DNA of 64,000 bases. It comes from a virus. Taxonomy: Duplodnaviria > Caudoviricetes. Location of the stretch: IMG/VR virus record IMGVR_UViG_3300015607_004593, positions 157,971-221,970 of that record; one strand, 5' to 3'. Shown in pieces: positions 57,656 to 64,000 of this stretch (positions within the stretch are counted from its first letter, which is position 1; every line of letters starts with the position of its first letter). Made by a program: the position numbers and the translations under genes. Below the pieces are notes generated by a model. The model saw only the letters and a list, made by a program, of their open reading frames with translations, was not told where the DNA came from and made no database searches.

Positions 57656-60600
57656 TTAAGGATTTTGATATTGACGATCAACTTGTTGTTGAATAGGAAT
57701 GGTTTGATTTGTATTTTGATATGTCCATGGAAGTGTTATATTTTGATAACCTAAAGATGCAATTTGAATATAACCAGCAATTCCTGCTGATGAATGTGTT
57801 AATGTAAATTCGGTTCCTGATGATTCAATTCCACCAATTTCAATAGATGTTGAAGGATCAACCCCTATATAACATCTAACTTCTGAATTTGTTTTTAATC
57901 CTGTTAAAATTAAAGAATAAACTTCAGTAGGATATTTTACGGTTTGATCAACATTTGTGAAAAATTCAAATCCTGAAATATAAGAGGTAACTTGTGGGCC
58001 AATTGCAAAGTTATTAGTTGCAACATTTGTGGCTCTATTGGTAGCTCCTGATTTTATTATTTCCCCCGGAATCCAATTTCCAACAATAGAAGAAATTCTT
58101 ATTGTCGTCCCTACTCCTGAAACATATTCTATGTTATCAACAATTGCTGTTGCAAGTGAAGTTGCACCAGTAATAGTTTCTCCTATAACAAATTCGGATG
58201 TAATACTATTACATTTCATAAACGAAACAGCCGTCAATTTAATTTTCAAATAAAAACCCGATGATGCTGAAAGTGTCTCAGAAGAAAGATTTAAAGGAAT
58301 AATTTCTTTGAATGACCCGAATCCAGAACCAGTATCAACAGAATATTCTGCTTTTATTCCGAAAGAAGATTGAACAAAATTACCAGTATCTAAACCATTA
58401 AATCTTGGTCTAATTCCCCTAAAGCCTGAAACTCCAAATATTTTATGAGGCCATGTGAATGTAATAGAATCTCCGGCATATTTCATATACAATCTTCCCG
58501 TATCATTAAATTTTGGTGAAGATGAATTTACAGAAGATGATATTGAGTAATAGGAAGAAGAAAGTGATGGAGAATTTGTGAACGAAAGAGCTAAAGCACC
58601 TGTTGAAGAAGAGAAACAGAGTTCATTAAAGAATGTATCATAAACGGCAGTATAAGTTGATGTTAAACCATCTATTGCTGAAAATAATGAAAATGCAGAA
58701 GAGGAAAATTGTTGAAGAGATTGGTATCCTGCTGAGATTCCTTTCAAAATCATTCCGTGTACATTAGAAACAATAGGAACAGAATATCTATTTGACCTAA
58801 TATTTTGTAAGATATGGTTTCCACCGGAATTAACAGAAGTTATTAAAGGATAACCTGAAGTTTGTTCTCTTGGATAGACAATATCAAAATCTGAAATTTG
58901 AGTAGAATTTGCTAAAACATAATTAACTAATCTTGAATCTCCACCATTGAATTTAATTGTTCCTGTTTTTAAAGAAATGTTTGTTGGAAGTCCTGAGAAA
59001 TAAAAGAAAGAATTTCCATACCATCCTTCTCTAAATTGAGAGAAATTTTTCAGGGTAATAGTATCTGAAGCATTAGCAATTTCAAAAGCTCCGTTTGCAT
59101 AATGTGAATAAGTATTTCCCCAAAGTGTACTTTGTGAAGGGGTAAAGTTTGGAGTAGTCCCAACATGAATTTCACCAAAAAGAATCCCTACTGGTGCAAC
59201 ATTTGTTTGAAATTCAAGACCATTAAATCCTCTGTGGGGATAAACTCTTGATGTAATAAATTGGTATCTATCGGCATTTGCAGTTACAGCAGCGGTTGTG
59301 GTTGGTATATATGCAGATGTAAGTATAGATGAAGTGTTTTCAACACATGCTCCACCGGCATAGATATATTGTCCTGAAGTATTAATTCGTATTGTAAAAG
59401 TATGGGATGTTGCCGTTGCAGTAAAGACAGCAGAAACAACGATTGGAATATTATCTGTGAGTGTATAATTTGTAGTTGTTGTTCCGAAAGTAATAGAACC
59501 AGAAACTGATGTTTGTGTGAAAGGAATAATATCTGTTGCTAAAGTAACAAATGCAATATAAACAATTCCTATTGTTAATCCTGTAACAGTTTGGACTGTC
59601 GTTGCAGAACCAGCCGTTGCTGTTAATCTATCAGCCGTTGGTGTTAATGTCAGAACGCCATTATAAGGAAAAAATTTTGTGTTTGCTGTTACTGTTGTAT
59701 TTGTCTTAACCCATGAAGCATTTGTAAAATCATCAGATTGAAAACAATAATTAGTCAAAGATTCTTGTAATTTTGGTATACAAGCCATTTCAGCCGTTTC
59801 AGTATAAGCTAAGAAGGTTAAAGTAACAGTTCCAGATGCAGTAGCTTGTCTATCTAGTGTAATAGATGTATTAGAATTAACAGATGAAATATGAGTAAGT
59901 GTTGGAATACCTGTTCCTGTAACAGCCCATCGTACATTAGTAAGATTAAAAGTTAATGTTCTTCCAAAACCATTTTGAGTTACAGTTTTTGAAATAGTAA
60001 TTATTTGACCTAATTCATCAATACCAGTGATTACGGTTCCAGATTGAATTCCTGTTCCATTAATCGTCATTCCTATTTGAAGTGCTGTAAATGCAAATGC
60101 AGTATTTGTAATTTGATTTTCACCAGAATAAAAATAATTTGAAGTAATAGATATAGCTGTATTAAAATTATTAGTTGTTGTAACGTTTGTTGAATTGATT
60201 GTTGTTGTGCATAATGCAACTGTTGTTGAATAATGATATTTTCTTAAAACGTAATAATAAGTTGTTCCTGCTAAGGGAGCGGAAAGAAGTCCGGCTCCAT
60301 TGTCAACAAAAGTAACTGTTATTGCAGTTGCCGTTGTAAAAAGTAAAGTTGTTGAATCTCTTTGTGTAAAATTTTCAGAAGTTGACCTAAAAATATCGAA
60401 TGATCTTGTTGAAGAAACAACCCCTTGAGAGAGCCAACTTAATGTTACTGAATTTGCTACAGTTTGAGTTGGGTAAACTCCAATAAAAGTCAGATGAAAT
60501 TCATTTTGAGCATCATAGGGAGTAAAAGAAATAGGCATAGACTCTAAAATAGATTCAGGTTTATTTCTATCTTTCCACCCTTCTCTAAATGAAACTATCT

Positions 60601-63046
60601 TTAACCAATATTTCACACCATTAGAAAGAACATTTCCTGTTGATGGGTCAATTATAATTCTATTTTTTGTAGTTGCAGCATTAACTCCTGAACCATCATT
60701 CCACATTCCATTAGAATGAGTAATTTCGTCAAAAGTAACATTTACAGAATTACCTATAGCTATTTTTGAAGTTGTACTATAGATTTCTGAAGAAGAAATA
60801 GAAATATTTTTACAAAATAAAATAACAAAACCATAAAGATAAGCTCTCTTGATACCAAGATTAAAGAGTCGTAAAGATGAAGCAGTAACATTTTTAGAAT
60901 ATTCTATAGAAATCATTGCTCCGGTTGTACTTAATGATTCTAGGGTTCTTGTTGGTAAAACAGGAAAATAAGAAGAATAATCTATATTGGTGAGAACTGC
61001 ATTATCAATATATTGAAATGCAAATCTTGCTAAAGAAGCAGAAATAGCCATGCTTTTTCTTGAATAACCATTTGCTGCTGATAATAACATTCTTGAAATA
61101 TTATGAGCAATTCCAACATCGTTCATGGTAAGATTGAAACATTTTACAATAACAGGAGTTGTTCTTGACCCAATGGAAGTTAAAGAAATTAAATCTCCCT
61201 GAGAAAGATTTAGATAAGCTTCGTCAAAAGAACAAATAGATGCTATCAAAGACCCACCGGAATTTAAATTAATAGAACCTGTTAAAGCATCGGAGTTTGT
61301 CATGAGATTTACAGGAGTTAAATCTGTAAACATAATATTTGGTATTCTTACTTTCGCACCTAAAGGAACTTTATTTCCATTGATACCGTCACCAAAAGTT
61401 ATTGTTTTTCCTAATTGAGATTGATAAGGATTATAAATGGTAAAGGTATATCCCGTTCCTGTTGCCGTACAAGTTTGATTGATAAGAAGTTGTGTTGAAT
61501 TTATAACTTTGTCTACAATTGAATTTGTTGGAATATTAGTTCCAATTATTTGAGCGCCGGAAGAAATTCCTGTAGTAGAAGAAACTGAAACAACCCTTGA
61601 ATTGATTGTAGTTGATCCAGAACCTATTTGAAAACCCCATGTGGATAAGTTTGTTTCATTTTGAATGAAAACATTTCCATGGATTCCTGAAGAAACAGCA
61701 TTGAACTTATTATAAAGAGGAGCAAAGTCTGCACCGGAATCAGTCATGAAACCTGTAACATTTAACCATCTTTCATAGATACCTGTTTCAGACCCTGTTT
61801 CTACCCAAAGACATGGGACAAAATCAGAGAAAGGAGATAACATAGTTTGATTAGATGAAAAATTTCCTGTTCCGATTTCAATCCAATTACCTTGAATTGT
61901 TAAGGAACCTAAAGCAGATGAAGGGATGATTGAATTTATAGTTGCTGCTGATGACCTTCCTAATGCAAAAACAAGCGGATTAGATGTAGAAGAATTTGTT
62001 ATATCTAAACGCCCATCAGCAATAGTTATTGTTTTTAAGAATTTTGTTTGATTTGTATTGCAAGTAATAACTGCACCTTCATTGATTGTCAACAAATCTG
62101 CGGATGCCCATTTAATGAAAGTAGGACAAACACATGAAATTGATCTAGCCGTAGTTACTGTTTTTGTTAGCCAAGTATAACCGTCTGCTGACCATCCCCA
62201 TGATGTTGTTGTTGAACCTACAAGGAATACTTTTAAATCAGGATGAAAGCAAATAGATGTACCAACAGCAATATTCAACGTTCCCGTTGTCCAAGAAACT
62301 CCAAGATCATTAGAGATAGCTATTACATTATCTGAATTATTAATAGCAACAAAAACACCATTCCCATAAGCAACAGAAATCCAATTCTTTGTAGCTGGTA
62401 AAGAAGAATAATTCCAAGTAACACCTAAATCAGTTGAATAATAAGCATTTGCAGAATTATGGGAAAGAGTAACAAAGGTTCCTCCTCCAAACGCTAAACT
62501 TCTCCAATCTCCCGATTGAGGTAGATTGGATTGAGTCCAATTTCTTCCATTGTTTGATGAATAAGCTGCTATAGTCGTACCTGAATTTGAAGAACATACA
62601 GCAACAAAATTATTTCCCCCATCAGATGCAATACATTTCCAAGCTCCTGAAGGCATAACTGATGCTTGTTGCCATGTAACACCTCCATCATTTGTATAAG
62701 CGCAATCTGTTGTTGGCCCTGAAGCAACCGCACAAAAATACCCACCCCCATAAGCAATAGATGTCCATCCTAATGCCGATGGCATAGTTGATGCTGTCCA
62801 TGTAACATTATCATAGGAATAAGCAGCGGAAGCAACAGAAGAAACTGCAACAATGATGGGTATTTCATTAACAAATCCTGAAGCGGCTCCATACCAATTT
62901 AAAGAAGAAGGTAAATTTGTTAAATTGGTAAGCGTTCTTCCGTCAATAGAAGTAATTGTTCCATTTGTTCCTAAACCAATACCTAAAAATGCAGACTGAT
63001 AAACATTATCAAGGTTTGTATTAACATAGACGGGAATTGTTGCCAT
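57656..63046 (-). CDS. Large tail fibre / receptor-binding protein
   Basis: N-terminal BNR/Asp-box propeller repeats (S.D.G.TW, W.S(I/V)AYG.G.FVAV), beta-helix-like region, FN3-like segment (YYYVLR), ends DRQYQNP. Confidence 0.75.
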   Translation of the reverse strand: MATIPVYVNTNLDNVYQSAFLGIGLGTNGTITSIDGRTLTNLTNLPSSLNWYGAASGFVNEIPIIVAVSSVASAAYSYDNVTWTASTMPSALGWTSIAYGGGYFCAVASGPTTDCAYTNDGGVTWQQASVMPSGAWKCIASDGGNNFVAVCSSNSGTTIAAYSSNNGRNWTQSNLPQSGDWRSLAFGGGTFVTLSHNSANAYYSTDLGVTWNYSSLPATKNWISVAYGNGVFVAINNSDNVIAISNDLGVSWTTGTLNIAVGTSICFHPDLKVFLVGSTTTSWGWSADGYTWLTKTVTTARSISCVCPTFIKWASADLLTINEGAVITCNTNQTKFLKTITIADGRLDITNSSTSNPLVFALGRSSAATINSIIPSSALGSLTIQGNWIEIGTGNFSSNQTMLSPFSDFVPCLWVETGSETGIYERWLNVTGFMTDSGADFAPLYNKFNAVSSGIHGNVFIQNETNLSTWGFQIGSGSTTINSRVVSVSSTTGISSGAQIIGTNIPTNSIVDKVINSTQLLINQTCTATGTGYTFTIYNPYQSQLGKTITFGDGINGNKVPLGAKVRIPNIMFTDLTPVNLMTNSDALTGSINLNSGGSLIASICSFDEAYLNLSQGDLISLTSIGSRTTPVIVKCFNLTMNDVGIAHNISRMLLSAANGYSRKSMAISASLARFAFQYIDNAVLTNIDYSSYFPVLPTRTLESLSTTGAMISIEYSKNVTASSLRLFNLGIKRAYLYGFVILFCKNISISSSEIYSTTSKIAIGNSVNVTFDEITHSNGMWNDGSGVNAATTKNRIIIDPSTGNVLSNGVKYWLKIVSFREGWKDRNKPESILESMPISFTPYDAQNEFHLTFIGVYPTQTVANSVTLSWLSQGVVSSTRSFDIFRSTSENFTQRDSTTLLFTTATAITVTFVDNGAGLLSAPLAGTTYYYVLRKYHYSTTVALCTTTINSTNVTTTNNFNTAISITSNYFYSGENQITNTAFAFTALQIGMTINGTGIQSGTVITGIDELGQIITISKTVTQNGFGRTLTFNLTNVRWAVTGTGIPTLTHISSVNSNTSITLDRQATASGTVTLTFLAYTETAEMACIPKLQESLTNYCFQSDDFTNASWVKTNTTVTANTKFFPYNGVLTLTPTADRLTATAGSATTVQTVTGLTIGIVYIAFVTLATDIIPFTQTSVSGSITFGTTTTNYTLTDNIPIVVSAVFTATATSHTFTIRINTSGQYIYAGGACVENTSSILTSAYIPTTTAAVTANADRYQFITSRVYPHRGFNGLEFQTNVAPVGILFGEIHVGTTPNFTPSQSTLWGNTYSHYANGAFEIANASDTITLKNFSQFREGWYGNSFFYFSGLPTNISLKTGTIKFNGGDSRLVNYVLANSTQISDFDIVYPREQTSGYPLITSVNSGGNHILQNIRSNRYSVPIVSNVHGMILKGISAGYQSLQQFSSSAFSLFSAIDGLTSTYTAVYDTFFNELCFSSSTGALALSFTNSPSLSSSYYSISSSVNSSSPKFNDTGRLYMKYAGDSITFTWPHKIFGVSGFRGIRPRFNGLDTGNFVQSSFGIKAEYSVDTGSGFGSFKEIIPLNLSSETLSASSGFYLKIKLTAVSFMKCNSITSEFVIGETITGATSLATAIVDNIEYVSGVGTTIRISSIVGNWIPGEIIKSGATNRATNVATNNFAIGPQVTSYISGFEFFTNVDQTVKYPTEVYSLILTGLKTNSEVRCYIGVDPSTSIEIGGIESSGTEFTLTHSSAGIAGYIQIASLGYQNITLPWTYQNTNQTIPIQQQVDRQYQNP

Positions 63047-63072
63047 ATTTTTTTTATTTCTTCCTTTCTTTT

Positions 63073-63768
63073 TTAATAAGCATTAAAATCATAGATTGCT
63101 GAAGAAAAAATAACATCACACTCTTCTTTTGAAGAAGCATTTAAAATTTGTAATTTTGAGGAAAGTCTAATTTTTTCTATAGAAGAAGTAAGATAAGACC
63201 ACGATGTTTTTACTTGAATGATATTATCAACAGTTTCTTCTATACTTTTTCCATAAACAATCATTTCATTATGAATAAGCGGATATTCTTGTTGAATGTC
63301 TACAAAGGAAAAAGAGTTTAATTTAAGTTTTTCTGCTTCTAATAACTTTAGAAGATATGTTTCACCTTGACCTGGGGTTGTAGTGATATACTTTGATCTA
63401 ATTTTTCCAGCGTATTCATCTATCTTAAAAATCATAAAATCTTTATAAGAAATAAATGAATTTTGAAGGATAGAATCATAAAATTCTTTTGATATTTCAT
63501 AGATACCATTAATAGAATTTGTAAAATAAAAATCACTTAAGGCTTCTTCTATGAATATAGAAACAATATCTAATGAATCTAATTTAATAAAATATTTAAT
63601 CTGTCTCATTCTTTTTCTTTGAAAATAACGATGTTCGATTTTAAAATAGTTATTTAGTAAAGGCATAAATTTCTTCTTCTTTTTAAAGAAAATAAGAATA
63701 AAAAGAAAAGGTAGATAGTAAATAAAAGAAAAAAAGATAATTATAATTGTTATTTTTGTTGTCATCAT
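63073..63768 (-). CDS. Tail fibre assembly-like protein (start probably internal)
   Basis: KIDEYAGKIRSKYIT..PGQGETY..K..EA, YPLI, IEKIRL motif typical next to fibre genes. Confidence 0.55.
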   Translation of the reverse strand: MMTTKITIIIIFFSFIYYLPFLFILIFFKKKKKFMPLLNNYFKIEHRYFQRKRMRQIKYFIKLDSLDIVSIFIEEALSDFYFTNSINGIYEISKEFYDSILQNSFISYKDFMIFKIDEYAGKIRSKYITTTPGQGETYLLKLLEAEKLKLNSFSFVDIQQEYPLIHNEMIVYGKSIEETVDNIIQVKTSWSYLTSSIEKIRLSSKLQILNASSKEECDVIFSSAIYDFNAY

Positions 63769-63814
63769 CCTTATATATTCCTTTTCAAAATGATTTTATA
63801 TTTTTATAACCATA

Positions 63815-63848
63815 AAAAAAGGGTTCTTAGGAAAACCTAAGAACCCTA
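63815..63848 (-). terminator. Intrinsic terminator
   Basis: AGGGTTCTTAGG-AAAA-CCTAAGAACCCT with T tail on the minus strand. Confidence 0.7.
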
Positions 63849-63883
63849 ACTTAAAAAAATTTAAATAGTTTTATTGTAACATT

Positions 63884-64000
63884 TTATTGAAAGAGACTTA
63901 ACAATCCCTTCTTTTTATGATGAGAAGGAGTGTACATTATATTCTTAAATCTCCCGTAAGCATCAAGAATGCACCAATTCCATTTTTCCCACCCCTTGAA
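63884..64000 (-). CDS. 3' end of a hypothetical gene (partial)
   Basis: Open frame ...KGWEKWNWCILDAYGRFKN...LFQ* from the window edge. Confidence 0.4.
   Translation of the reverse strand, partial: FKGWEKWNWCILDAYGRFKNIMYTPSHHKKKGLLSLFQ

Overview
AT-rich genome segment of a large T4-like myophage. It carries baseplate, tail and neck genes (gp5, gp27-like, gp53, gp48, gp4, gp54, gp26/gp51, tape-measure-like, gp14, gp15, two gp19), gp16, replication and transcription genes (gp32, gp59, gp33, UvsY), nucleotide and RNA-repair genes (dUTPase, PurM, ThyX-like, Rnl1, Rnl2, PseT), Hsp20, a DNA methyltransferase pair, a tail-fibre module and many small accessory ORFs. Main observations: (1) The large terminase gp17 is fractured. 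An N-terminal piece (37226-37594, -) stops at Walker A and carries a 36-aa N-intein. A C-terminal piece (30408-32978, +) starts with a 117-aa C-intein that resumes just after Walker B, and it also holds a Gln-ending cis intein. The ~90 aa between the two motifs are not in this window, which implies a three-piece terminase assembled by two orthogonal, atypically split inteins. (2) A ~2.7-kb GC-rich TnpB-derived element is bounded by TTAC and inserted in a decayed phosphoribosyltransferase gene; the TnpB core is replaced by prophage-like cargo genes. (3) There is a 3-copy ~150-bp dispersed intergenic repeat. (4) A probable -1 frameshift joins gp26 to a gp51-like ORF just upstream of the tape-measure gene. 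All calls come from motif recognition by eye; no database searches were run.
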